A stretch of 64,000 bases of DNA from positions 96,001-160,000 of the forward strand of contig CAVSJV010000004.1 of assembly GCA_963728405.1 (NCBI GenBank), in the 5' to 3' direction. Every line of letters begins with the position of its first letter. Position 1 is the first letter of the stretch. The position numbers and the translations under genes were made by a program. Origin of the DNA: Methanomassiliicoccaceae archaeon. Lineage in GTDB: Archaea; Thermoplasmatota; Thermoplasmata; Methanomassiliicoccales; Methanomassiliicoccaceae. The notes below the pieces were generated by a model. The model searched no databases. It was given only the letters and a program-made list of their open reading frames with translations, and was not told where the DNA came from. Shown here piece after piece: positions 33,557-43,771 of the stretch.

Positions 33557-34215
33557 TAAGAAGGCGGGCAGAACTTCTTCTCAGTTCTCCTTCTCCACAG
33601 GAAGTAGATGGCTAGTGCGACCACGCCAATGACCACAATATACTCCAGGGGGCGATAGAGCGATTCGACCGTCGTCCAGTTCTCCCCCAGGACTAAGCCG
33701 AGGTACGCCAGTGCCATACACCACGGAAGGGAACCGATGGCCGATAGGATCCAGAAGCGGTGGAAGTCCATCTTGGCCATTCCTGCGGGCAGAGAGATAA
33801 AGGTCCTCACCACCGGTAGGAGGCGTGAGCCGAACACGGCCCAGTCGCCATACTTGCGGAACCAGCATTCGGTGGTGTCCAGGTGCTTCTCATTGATATG
33901 GATCCACCGGCCATACTTCAGTATGAATGGTCTCCCGCCTTTCAGGCCGATGTAGTAGGCCAGAACGGACCCGATGGTGCACCCCAATGTACCGGCCAGG
34001 CCGACCAGGAAGGTGTCCAAGAGAGGGTCGCCGAAAAATACCAACTTTCCCTGAAAGACCAGCGCTCCGGCGAAGGTGAGCACGATCTCGCTGGGGACAG
34101 GTAAGCACATGCTCTCAAGTGCCATCAGTCCAACGATGCCGGGAAGGCCTCCTGCTTGGATTATGCTCATGATCAGCTGGACGACCCAAGCGATGATGCC
34201 TTCAATGAAACCCAT
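33556..34215 (-). CDS. DedA-family membrane protein
   Basis: LESMCLPVPSE, FRKYG, RLLPVVRTFISLPAG. Confidence 0.93.
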   Translation of the reverse strand: MGFIEGIIAWVVQLIMSIIQAGGLPGIVGLMALESMCLPVPSEIVLTFAGALVFQGKLVFFGDPLLDTFLVGLAGTLGCTIGSVLAYYIGLKGGRPFILKYGRWIHINEKHLDTTECWFRKYGDWAVFGSRLLPVVRTFISLPAGMAKMDFHRFWILSAIGSLPWCMALAYLGLVLGENWTTVESLYRPLEYIVVIGVVALAIYFLWRRRTEKKFCPPS

Positions 34216-34326
34216 TGAGCGGATTCAATCAGGTTCATTTATAAAAACTGTTCTTCGGCGGCGCTCTCCCTCTCCTACGTAAAAGATACATAGGGCTAGG
34301 GGAAATACCATCGTCCAGGGCCAATA

Positions 34327-35513
34327 ATGGAAGCAGTTCGTATCACTGACGGCATATATTGGGTAGGGGCGATCGACTGGAACTGTGCGTAACTTCCATG
34401 GCTATACGACACCCCATGGATCGACCTACAATGCCTACCTTATCACCGGTGAAAAGAACATCCTCATCGACACGGTCAGGAAGCCGTTCCTGGAGGAGAT
34501 GCTGTCCAGGATACGAAGCGTCATCGACCCGAAGAAGATCGATCTCATCGTCTCCAACCATGTGGAGATGGACCATTCTGCTAACCTGCTGGCGATGCAG
34601 CAGCTGACCGGAGCGAAGGTGCTGGCGTCTAAGTTGGGGGTGGAAGGACTGCGTATGCACTACCCCGAGCTGAGGACCGAGCTGGTCGAAGACGGGAAGG
34701 TCATCACCTGCGGGGGCAAGACCTTGAAGTTCATCGACACCCCTATGCTCCACTGGCCCGACTCCATGTTCACCTATGTGGAGGAGGACAAGGTTCTGTT
34801 CAGCATGGACGGGTTCGGGCAGCACTACGCCAACTCCAAGCGTTTCGACGATGAGGTCGACCAGGACGTGCTGTTCCAGGAGGCAGCGAAGTACTATGCG
34901 AACATCATCCTCCCGTTCAATGCTCGCGTCCTCAAGACCGTAGAGAAGATCAAGGACCTGGACATCAAGGTACTAGCCACCTCCCACGGCGCCATCTGGC
35001 GGACGAACCTGGATAGGATCCTGAAATCCTACATCGATTGGGCCAGCTCCCGTACCAGGGAGAAGGCGGTGGTTGTGTATGATACGATGTGGGGCAGTAC
35101 CAAGATCATGGCCGAGGCGATCGCCGACGGTATCGCCTCGGAAGGCGTGGAGGTCCAGATATGGAAGCTGACCGACACCGACCGCAGCTGGGTGATGAAG
35201 GAGGTGCTCGACTCCCGCGCTGTGATCATGGGCTCACCGACACCTCAACAATACCATCTTCCCGACCGTGGCCGACATGATATACTACCTCAAGGGCCTC
35301 CGTCCCACTCACCGCATCGGGGCTGCGTTCGGCTCGTACGGCTGGAGCGGAGGAACGGCCAAGGCCGTGCACGACATTATGCATTCGGGCGGGCTGGAAA
35401 TGCCGTTCGAACCGCTACAGGTCCGCTATATTCCCAGCGAAGGAGATCGGCAGAAGTGCTGGGAGCATGGACAGGCCATTGGGCGGAAGATAAAAGAGAT
35501 GTCTTCTCGCTGA
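34327..35513 (+). CDS. fprA: Flavodiiron protein (FprA/A-type flavoprotein); frameshifts at ~34384 and ~35243
   Basis: YWVGAIDW, GSTYNAY, NHVEMDH, LHWPDS, YDTMWGST, GSPT-LNN, AFGSYGWSG across three frames. Confidence 0.88.
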
Positions 35514-35633
35514 ACCACTTAGTTAGGACGACCCCGGCGGTGTGAACGGCCCATGTCATCGAAAGGCGCGCCCCCTAGGTAGTTCATAAAAGTAAAAAAG
35601 AGAAAATTATTCGAAAAGATTGGAAGTGTTTGC

Positions 35634-36060
35634 TCACTGCTGCTCCTTCCTCCGCATGGCTACCCGGAATGCTATCAAGAGGATAGCGATCGCCCCCATG
35701 GCGATGAACGACAGGAACATCTCCACACTGTTCGCTTTCGTCGACAAAGTGGCACCCGCGCTCATGGATGATTGGCTTCCCGTCGTGTCGCTATTCATGG
35801 CAGCCATCCGATAGTAGGCCGTTCCGTCCGGAGCGCTGGTATCGGTGAAGCTCCTCACCTCACTGCCGTTGACCATCTCCTCAGGACCTCCGAGCTCGGC
35901 GTCGGGCCACGACCGCTGGAAGTGTTACCAGATGGCATGGTCCAGTTGAGGAACACATTGTTGCCGTTCCGCACGATGTTCAGGTCGGTCGGACCAAAGG
36001 GGTCGGTGAAGGACGTGGCGTACCATGCGCGGGAGTAACCGTTTTAGCCGGCCCAGTTGT
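35634..36060 (-). pseudogene. Remnant of a fibronectin-III surface protein with C-terminal TM anchor
   Basis: PTDLNIVRNGNNVFLNWTMP, then a frameshift, then SFTDTS..YYRMAAMN, a TM helix and RRK; no intact N-terminus. Confidence 0.55.
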
Positions 36061-36240
36061 GGGCGATCACCTGGTATTACCGGGTGACGTCCTTGGCGAC
36101 CGAATCAACATACGAGGTGACGCTACAAAAGGTGGACCAGCAGGTCCATCCTTTCTTATGACGTGGCCGTTTAATGATAAAATAAAAGAGGGTTTTGGAA
36201 GAGTGCGGGCGCGATGGCCGCATTTTGCGGTGCTTCATGA

Positions 36241-37497
36241 TCAAGCGGGGGCCTTGGATCCGTTGGTCTTGACCTTGGACTTAGCGGCCACGGCGGGCTT
36301 CAGCCCGACGGCCTTGCGCAGGGCATCGGCCCGGTCCACCTTCTCCCAAGTGAACTCTGCGTCCTTGCGTCCAAAGTGTCCATAGGCGGCGGTCTTCTTG
36401 TAGATCGGCCGGCGGAGGTTCAGCACCTCCATGATGCTGTCGGGAGTGAGGTCGAACACCTCGGTCACGGCCTGGGCGATCTTGTCCTCGGGAACCAACG
36501 CGGTGCCCTTGGAGTCGACCATGACCGATACGGGCTCGGCCACACCGATGGCGTAGGCGACCTGTACCTCGACCTGCTTGGCGAGCCCGGCGGCCACGAT
36601 GTTCTTGGCTATATACCGGCACATGTAGGCGGCTGAGCGGTCGACCTTAGTGGGGTCCTTTCCGGAGAACGCCCCGCCACCGTGGCGGCCCATGCCACCG
36701 TAGCTGTCGACGATGATCTTGCGGCCCGTGACCCCGGAATCACCGCACGGCCCGCCGATGACGAACCGGCCGGTGGGGTTGATGAAGAACTTGGTCTTGG
36801 CGTCGACCCACTTGCCGCAGACCGGCTTGATGACCTTCTCCTTGAGGGCCTTCTCTATGATGTCGTGGACCTCGTTGTCGTTGGCCTTGCCGTCGATGAC
36901 GGGGTCATGCTGGGTGGAGACCACCACGGTGTCGATCCGCTTGGGGACATTACCCTCATACTCCACGGTGACCTGGGTCTTCCCGTCAGGGCGAAGCCAC
37001 GGCAGGGTGCTGTCCTTGCGGACCTTGGCCAGTTGCATCGCTAGCTTCTGAGCCATCAAGGCGGACAAGGGCATGAGCTCGGGGGTCTCGTCCGTCGCGT
37101 AGCCGAACATGAGGCCTTGGTCACCGGCACCGGTAGCCAGCTTCTTCCCCTTCTTCTTCCGGCACACGCCCATGTCGATATCGGCCGACTGGTCGTGGAT
37201 AGAGATCAGTACAGATACATGATCGGCATCGAAGCCGTACTCCGGCCGGCAGTAGCCGATATCCCGCACGGTCTGGCGGATGACCTTGTCAGCGTCGATG
37301 TGAACGTTCTTGCACGGGTCGGTCTTGACCTCACCGACCACGACGACCATGCCAGTAGTGGTCATGGTCTCGATGGCCACGTGGGCCTCGGGGTCCTGGG
37401 CCAAGTAGGCATCCAGGATGGCATCGGATACTTGATCGCATAGCTTGTCCGGATGACCTTCGGTCACGGACTCGGATGTGAACAGATGTCTTCCCAT
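36241..37497 (-). CDS. metK: S-adenosylmethionine synthetase, bacterial/eukaryotic type
   Basis: [35 protein letters not shown]. Confidence 0.97.
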   Translation of the reverse strand: MGRHLFTSESVTEGHPDKLCDQVSDAILDAYLAQDPEAHVAIETMTTTGMVVVVGEVKTDPCKNVHIDADKVIRQTVRDIGYCRPEYGFDADHVSVLISIHDQSADIDMGVCRKKKGKKLATGAGDQGLMFGYATDETPELMPLSALMAQKLAMQLAKVRKDSTLPWLRPDGKTQVTVEYEGNVPKRIDTVVVSTQHDPVIDGKANDNEVHDIIEKALKEKVIKPVCGKWVDAKTKFFINPTGRFVIGGPCGDSGVTGRKIIVDSYGGMGRHGGGAFSGKDPTKVDRSAAYMCRYIAKNIVAAGLAKQVEVQVAYAIGVAEPVSVMVDSKGTALVPEDKIAQAVTEVFDLTPDSIMEVLNLRRPIYKKTAAYGHFGRKDAEFTWEKVDRADALRKAVGLKPAVAAKSKVKTNGSKAPA

Positions 37498-37587
37498 CAA
37501 AATCACTCTTTTAGCTTAGAAGACACAAGAGACTATATATATTTTAACGCATCATTTACTGCATAAAGTTATAACTGCGGGTTATAA

Positions 37588-38109
37588 ATGGACCTATCCG
37601 AGATCAAGAGGCTGAGGCAGAAAGTAGGCATGTCCCAGACTGCCCTGGCTAAGAAGGCCGGGGTGTCCCAGGCACATATTGCAAAGATAGAGTGCGGTAA
37701 AGTGGACCCCCGCTTCTCGACGGTCGAAAAGATCCTCCGCTGCCTTAAGGAGGAAGAGAAGGACCATTGTGCGAAGTACATGACCGCCACCATCTATGGC
37801 GTCCAGGCCACCGACAGTGTAGGATCGGCGGCCCATCTGATGCGAGAGAAGGGCGTATCGCAGCTGGTGGTGTTCAAAGGAGAGGTCATCGTCGGACTGA
37901 TCACCGAGGAGGACCTGCTCCGGTTCCAAGGAGATACTCCGGGCACAGCGGCCGAACAGGTTATGAGCGACCCCCCGCCCACCGTTTCGAAGAATGCCAG
38001 CTCCGACACCGTCCGCGAGCTTCTACTAGAGTTCCCGGCCGTGGTAGTGATGGACCGAGAGAAAGCGGCGGGCATCCTGACCAAATCGGACCTCATTAAG
38101 AGAAGTTAG
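37588..38109 (+). CDS. XRE-type HTH plus CBS-pair transcriptional regulator
   Basis: MSQTALAKKAGVSQAHIAKIE..DPRFST; CBS pair. Confidence 0.9.
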   Translation: MDLSEIKRLRQKVGMSQTALAKKAGVSQAHIAKIECGKVDPRFSTVEKILRCLKEEEKDHCAKYMTATIYGVQATDSVGSAAHLMREKGVSQLVVFKGEVIVGLITEEDLLRFQGDTPGTAAEQVMSDPPPTVSKNASSDTVRELLLEFPAVVVMDREKAAGILTKSDLIKRS

Positions 38110-38165
38110 TGTGTAAAATTCGCACAACGAATCGCTTATATGTCTGGATCCTTTTAACATAGGCC

Positions 38166-39086
38166 GTGCAGGGAAAAGCGGACATCCACGTTCACACTAA
38201 GTATTCGGGCGTCCACAAGATGGGGCCGCTGAGATTCCCGGAATCCGTGTCCGACCCGGTGGACGTTATCAAGCGGGCGCGGTCCGCTGGTATGAACGTC
38301 GTCTGCATTACCGACCATAATTCCATCGCCGGGGCCAAGAAGGCTAGGGAGGCGGCCAAGACCATCGATGGCATCGATGTGGTCATGGGCGAGGAGGTCA
38401 GCTCTGCGGATGGCGAGATCCTGGGACTGTTCATCGAGGAGGAGATCCCCGCCGGGCTGTCCGCCGAGGAGACCATCGCCCGCATTCGCTCCCAGGGCGG
38501 TGTGGTCATCGCCCCTCATCCATTCAGTTTGCACTGCCCCTGCCTGGGCGAGAGGATCGAGGAGCTGGGGGTGGACGGGATCGAGGTGCTGAATGGCGGC
38601 CACATCGACGACTACGCCAACCCGCGCGCTGAGAAGGCCGCCGAATCGGGCAAGTTCGCCCGCATGGGCGGTTCCGATTCCCACTACTTGAAGACCATCG
38701 GCTCGGCCTACACGATGTTCGAGGGTACCACCGCCGAGGACTTCCGGCGGGAGGTCCTGGCCAAGCGGACCTCAGCAGGCGGAAAGGTCATTCCGCTGGA
38801 CAAGGCCGTCGCCTGGAGCGTAGGGGTGGTCCTGGCCTCGGACATCCTGATCTTGCGTTCCTTCGTCGGGTTGGACAAGGAACCGACAGACGACCCCATC
38901 CTATGGCGGGTCCAGAACATGAAGCTGGGACAGAAGGTCGGCGCACTGGTCGGCTCGCTGATCTACTTCCTGCCCCCCGTACCATTCATCATCGGGCTCA
39001 TGAGCCAGCGGCTCCTGGACCACAAGGCTGACGATGAACGTGAGGCCAATGGAAAGGGGCTCGGACGATTGGGGCCGTTCTACTGA
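38166..39086 (+). CDS. PHP-domain protein with hydrophobic C-terminal extension
   Basis: ADIHVHT, CITDHN, APHP, GGSDSH. Confidence 0.88.
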   Translation: MQGKADIHVHTKYSGVHKMGPLRFPESVSDPVDVIKRARSAGMNVVCITDHNSIAGAKKAREAAKTIDGIDVVMGEEVSSADGEILGLFIEEEIPAGLSAEETIARIRSQGGVVIAPHPFSLHCPCLGERIEELGVDGIEVLNGGHIDDYANPRAEKAAESGKFARMGGSDSHYLKTIGSAYTMFEGTTAEDFRREVLAKRTSAGGKVIPLDKAVAWSVGVVLASDILILRSFVGLDKEPTDDPILWRVQNMKLGQKVGALVGSLIYFLPPVPFIIGLMSQRLLDHKADDEREANGKGLGRLGPFY

Positions 39087-40494
39087 TCAGTGCTGGTGCA
39101 CATGCTCGGGGCCTATCGCTTCCGGGTCCATGAGCCGCCCTAACGCACCGATCAACACTTCGCTCAGGGCAGGATGGATCACCTGGCTGCGGGCCATCGG
39201 CAGGTAGCTCTGGTCGCCTGCGTTCATCAGGTACACAATCTGTTGGACCAGGAGGTCCGCTTCCTTGCCGACGATGTGCGCTCCCAGGATGCGTCGGGTG
39301 CCCTTCTCCACCACCACTTTGACCAGTCCATGATCGTCGCCCATGGCGTTGCCCTTGGCCACATTGGCATACCGGTTCACCCCGACCAAGTACTTGAGGC
39401 CGGAGGCCTTGGCCTCTTCTTCGATCATGCCCACGCTTCCAACCGTTGGGTAAGTATAGATGGCGTGAGGGATGGCATGCTCGTCCGTGGCCGCTTTGTT
39501 GGGAGCGGACATATTGTACCAGACGACCTGGCTCTCGTAGTTCGCGGTGTGGCGGAACATATGGCGGCCGGTGATGTCCCCCAGGGCCCAAATGCCGGCC
39601 ACAGTTGGTCTCTAGGAACGCATTGACCTCGATAAATCCGGCCGCGTTGGTACTGATCCCAGTGGCCTGGACGTTCAGAAGGTCGGCGTTGCTCTGCATC
39701 CCTGCCCCGATGAACAGCATCTCCGCCTGCTCCTCTTCGACCTTCCCGGACTCCCGATCGGTCCTGACCACCGTGAACCCGTCGGCGCCCTTACGCACCT
39801 GGTCCACCGCCTGGTTGGTGCTGATCCGCACATGCTCGCCCAGCTTCTTCTTCACAACAAAGCTGATCTCCGGCTCTTCGTCAGGCACCAACCGGACATT
39901 TCTCTGTATTATCGATACATCTACTCCCAATGCGGAGAAGAAGTGCCCGAACTCGCAGGACTTGTAGCCGCCGCCGATCATGATCATGCTCTTCGGCAGT
40001 TTGGTGATGTCGAAGATGGTCTCCGAGGTGGTGTAGGGGACATCCGCCAACCCGGGTATCGACGGAATGGACGATCTGGCGCCGGAGGAGATGACGATCT
40101 TGGGGGCGCTGATCGTCCGATCGCCCACCTGGAGCGCCCGTACGCCGACGAACTTGCCAGTGGTAGGATAGAATTTCAACCGGGGGTCCTCTTTCACGGC
40201 CTCTTCCATGTGGCCGCGGTCCCCCAGCACCAGGTCCCAGGTCCGCCGCCTGATGAGGTCAAAATCGATGTTCTCCACCTTGGCCGTGATGCCGATCCTG
40301 GCGGCGTCGCCGATCTCTCGTATCACGTCCGCAGGGTAGATCCACATCTTGGAGGGGATACATCCGCGGTTGAGGCAGGTGCCTCCCAGGGGTCCGTTCT
40401 CGACCAAAGCCACCTTCTGGCCCGCATTGACCGCCTGGTCCACGATGTTCATCCCTGCCCCGGAACCGATGATTATAAGGTCGTACTCTTCCAC
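39087..40494 (-). CDS. Dihydrolipoamide dehydrogenase-family flavoprotein disulfide reductase; +1 frameshift at ~39603
   Basis: IIGSGAG, GGTCLNRGCIPSK, ETN-VAGIWALGD after removing A39603, IHPALSE. Confidence 0.88.
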
Positions 40495-40774
40495 CTTAAC
40501 CCCGTTTCATCAAATGCACTGGGGGTTAATATTGCCTCTTATGGATGTAAGACTGTTTTTCCACATTATGTTCAAACGGATTCTCAGCCGGTCCGGAGGG
40601 CAGGGACGAGCGTGATTCTTAAACGAATAATCATTCCTTCGCCAGTGCCACCTAAAAATATCCTCCCTCTTGACATATGGCTCTACCTCCCGTTCTTCTG
40701 AAAATAGACGAATATCTAGCATTTTCAGGAATCGCCCACGTTTTGTGCGAGTCCATCTATACATATGACTAGCC

Positions 40775-40820
40775 CTATCATACAAACTAATCAATTGTAT
40801 ATGATAGAATGCTTTATCTA
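40775..40820 (+). promoter_or_regulatory. Imperfect inverted repeat and TATA-like box upstream of amtB
   Basis: CTATCATACAA-N9-TTGTATATGATAG followed by TTTATCTA at 40813. Confidence 0.4.
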
Positions 40821-40954
40821 GTGATTTGTCTATGCAAAAAATGCCGGAGCACACAAACAACGAATGAATAAACTTCGAATAAGTCTCGTTCGGGGTGGGT
40901 TTGTCCGGCGACCCGGGACGACCGAGGATCTCGGGATAATGAGGTGACAGAAAG

Positions 40955-42205
40955 ATGGCCTATGACAGTGGATCGATCGCGTGGATACTGATCTCCACGG
41001 CGCTGGTGATGATCATGACCCCCGCAGTGGGGTTCTTTTACGGAGGCATGCTAAAGAAGAACAGCATGCTTTCCATGCTGGGACAGACCCTGATAATCCT
41101 GGGCGTGGTCACCATCACCTGGGTGGTGGTGGGGTTCTCGTTAGCCTTCGGCCCGGACACGGCGGGGCTGATCGGCAACTTTGACTATGTGCTCATGAAC
41201 GGGATCGGCGTGTACTCCGAACCGCCCGCCTCGCTTGTGGCGATCGGTGCGACCACCGTTCCGCCATTACTATACATGATGTTCCAAGGCATGTTCGCGA
41301 TCATTACTGTCGCCCTGATCATCGGTGGCATCGCTGAGAGGATGAAGCTCGCGGCGGTCGCGATCTTCCTGACCATATGGACGGTCGTCATCTACTTCCC
41401 GGTCGCTCACTGGGTGTGGGGCGGTGGGTGGATATTCGACATGGGTGCCCTGGATTTCGCCGGCGGTACGGTCGTTCACATAACTGCCGGTGCGACGGTG
41501 CTTGCCGCCACGCTGGTCATCGGCAAGAGGCTGGTCAAACAGAACAACATGGAAGACCAGGCCCACAACATCCCCTTCGTGGTCCTGGGCGGTGCGCTCC
41601 TGTGGTTAGGCTGGTTCGGTTTCAACGGCGGCAGCGCCCTGGCATCCAACGAGCTGGCCGTTAGCGCCTTCGTGGTCACCCAGATCGCAGCGGCCACGGC
41701 CGGTGTGGTGTGGGGCCTGATATCCTACCTCCACCTGGGCAGGACGAGCGTTCTCGGTATGATCACCGGTGCGGTGGTCGGCATGGTCGCTATCACTCCC
41801 GCATCCGGCTATGTGGACGTCACCGGCGCCCTGCTCATCGGCATCATCGCTCCGTTCTTCAGCTACGGTGCGATCCAGCTCCGCAAGAGGCTTGGCTTCG
41901 ATGATGCTCTAGACGTGTGGGGCTGCCACGGCATCGGTGGCACCGTCGGTGCGATCGCGGTCGGTTTCCTGGCCACCTCGGCGGTCAACCCCGCTGTGGT
42001 CAACAACGGCCTGCTGTACGGGGGCGGGTTCGAACTGCTCACCAAGCAGCTCATAGCGGTCGGGGCGGTGTGGGCCTTCGTGCTAGTGGTGGTCTTTGTC
42101 ATGATGAAGATCATGGTCAAGGTTTGGCCTAACTGGCGCATGACCAAGGAAGAGGAGAGGATCGGCGTTGACATCGTTCAGCACGGCGAGAACGCCTACG
42201 CCTAA
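40955..42205 (+). CDS. amtB: Ammonium transporter
   Basis: FFYGG, HWVWGGGW, LDFAGGTVVH, WFGFNGGS, FDDALDVWGCHG. Confidence 0.97.
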   Translation: MAYDSGSIAWILISTALVMIMTPAVGFFYGGMLKKNSMLSMLGQTLIILGVVTITWVVVGFSLAFGPDTAGLIGNFDYVLMNGIGVYSEPPASLVAIGATTVPPLLYMMFQGMFAIITVALIIGGIAERMKLAAVAIFLTIWTVVIYFPVAHWVWGGGWIFDMGALDFAGGTVVHITAGATVLAATLVIGKRLVKQNNMEDQAHNIPFVVLGGALLWLGWFGFNGGSALASNELAVSAFVVTQIAAATAGVVWGLISYLHLGRTSVLGMITGAVVGMVAITPASGYVDVTGALLIGIIAPFFSYGAIQLRKRLGFDDALDVWGCHGIGGTVGAIAVGFLATSAVNPAVVNNGLLYGGGFELLTKQLIAVGAVWAFVLVVVFVMMKIMVKVWPNWRMTKEEERIGVDIVQHGENAYA

Positions 42206-42218
42206 GGAGGGATGAACA

Positions 42219-42557
42219 ATGAAGAAGATCGAAGCGATAATCAGGCCAGAAAAGCTGAACCAGGTGAAGGCAGCGCTCGAGGCGGTGGATGCCCTAGGCA
42301 TGACCATCTACGATGTGCACGGTCGTGGTGAGCAGAAGGGGCTGGAGTTCATCAACCGGGCTGGAAAGTACCGGGTGGACCTGCTGCCCAAGACGGTCAT
42401 CGAGCTCGTGGTCCCGGACAAGGAAGTGGACATGGTCATCAAGACCATCATCGAAAGTGCCCGATCTGGTGAGATGGGCGACGGCAAGATCTTCGTCACC
42501 GAAGTCGAGCGGTGCATCCGCATCCGCACCGGCGAGGAGAACGACAAAGCACTCTGA
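42219..42557 (+). CDS. glnK: P-II nitrogen regulator
   Basis: MKKIEAIIRPEKL, GRGEQKG, GDGKIFV, RIRTGE. Confidence 0.95.
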   Translation: MKKIEAIIRPEKLNQVKAALEAVDALGMTIYDVHGRGEQKGLEFINRAGKYRVDLLPKTVIELVVPDKEVDMVIKTIIESARSGEMGDGKIFVTEVERCIRIRTGEENDKAL

Positions 42558-42584
42558 AACTTATTCCTCCTAAAAACCACTTCA

Positions 42585-42600
42585 ATTTTTTCCTTTTTTT
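42585..42600 (+). terminator. T-rich archaeal terminator after glnK
   Basis: Two T tracts (TTTTTT-CC-T run) about 30 nt after the stop. Confidence 0.55.
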
Positions 42601-42842
42601 ATAAATTTCATTTATCATGATCTCGGACCTCCGTTTGACAATATGGTCGGGATGAAGGTCAAGTGCACCGTGGAAACTTCTGCAGAGAGATGCGGGGGGC
42701 CTGCACGGTCCGTCCCTAATGTTCCACTTGAGTCCTAAACTGAATCTTGAAACCGGAGACCGCGGATCGAGACCGCATAGTGCTCGAAGAGGGACATCCC
42801 AATTGCACGAGATTAAATAATCGAGGTGCTCCAGCACTATTC

Positions 42843-43214
42843 ATGGCAGCCATAGACATCATGGACATTGCTGATCAGAGAAAAGCGCAGCTCGAAAAGG
42901 ATGATGCCGATGTTCGTGCCGAGGAGACCTATTTCTCGGGGGAGAACGGCGTCTGGGGTCTGCTCACAGTATATGACGATGCCGCCGGGGAATTGTTAGG
43001 ATACGAGTTCGTTGAAACAACAGATAGCTGGAAACGGCCCGATGCCATCCTGGAGTATAATGAAGCAGCCATGGAAAGCGATGAGGTCGTGGTCATTGTC
43101 CCCGATGATTCGTTCTTGGAGGCAGCCGAGCTAATAACCAGAGCCGGGGATCTGGCGATCATCATCTCCGATTATAGCGCTATGGAGCTCGTTCCAAGAG
43201 TGCTGGTGTCGTAA
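42843..43214 (+). CDS. Acidic hypothetical protein
   Basis: 123-aa ORF with TTAAATA upstream; GYEFVET..EYNEAA..VVVIVPD resembles a degenerate PD-(D/E)XK-type fold. Confidence 0.6.
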   Translation: MAAIDIMDIADQRKAQLEKDDADVRAEETYFSGENGVWGLLTVYDDAAGELLGYEFVETTDSWKRPDAILEYNEAAMESDEVVVIVPDDSFLEAAELITRAGDLAIIISDYSAMELVPRVLVS

Positions 43215-43293
43215 TAAAAAGCTCCTTGCCCGAAGAAGATTGGCATGATATGAAATACCTAGAAGGCCGAACCCGCTTACATAGGTGTTACCG

Positions 43294-43551
43294 GTGACCA
43301 ATGTCAAGGCCTTTCGGGAGAAAGAGCCACCACCTGGAACGAAGTAAACATTAGCCTACATAGGACGCACAGTCATTATCGCCAATGTGGATGGCAGATC
43401 CTACGCCGTGGATGGCCCCTGCACGGATCGGAGAGGCAATCTGGCGGACGGGTCGTTGAAAGGCAGCGATCATGATCTCAATCGTGAGGTACTTGGCAAT
43501 CAGGAAATCTGGTCAGGAAAATATCCCGGAGAGTGTTCGGATCGTTCCTGA
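43294..43551 (+). pseudogene. Decayed Rieske [2Fe-2S] ferredoxin
   Basis: PPPGTK*TLAYIGRTVIIANVDGRSYAVDGPCTDRRGNLADGSLKG; internal stop, CxH changed to CTD, second CPxH box absent. Confidence 0.6.
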
Positions 43552-43771
43552 TGATACGGGAAAGGATGCCGAGGGTGCATAACCACCGAAGACGAAAAAA
43601 TGAGCAGCAAAACAGGTTCTCAGACCCTTTACTTAATTTTTTCAACAATTTCTTAGGTCACCTGTCGGGATAATGGGCACATTTAAATACATAAATCGCA
43701 AACACCATTTGAAATCAAATTCGTCTGTGAGTATTACAGATCGTTTTTATTTTCCTCATAGAGTTGATATC

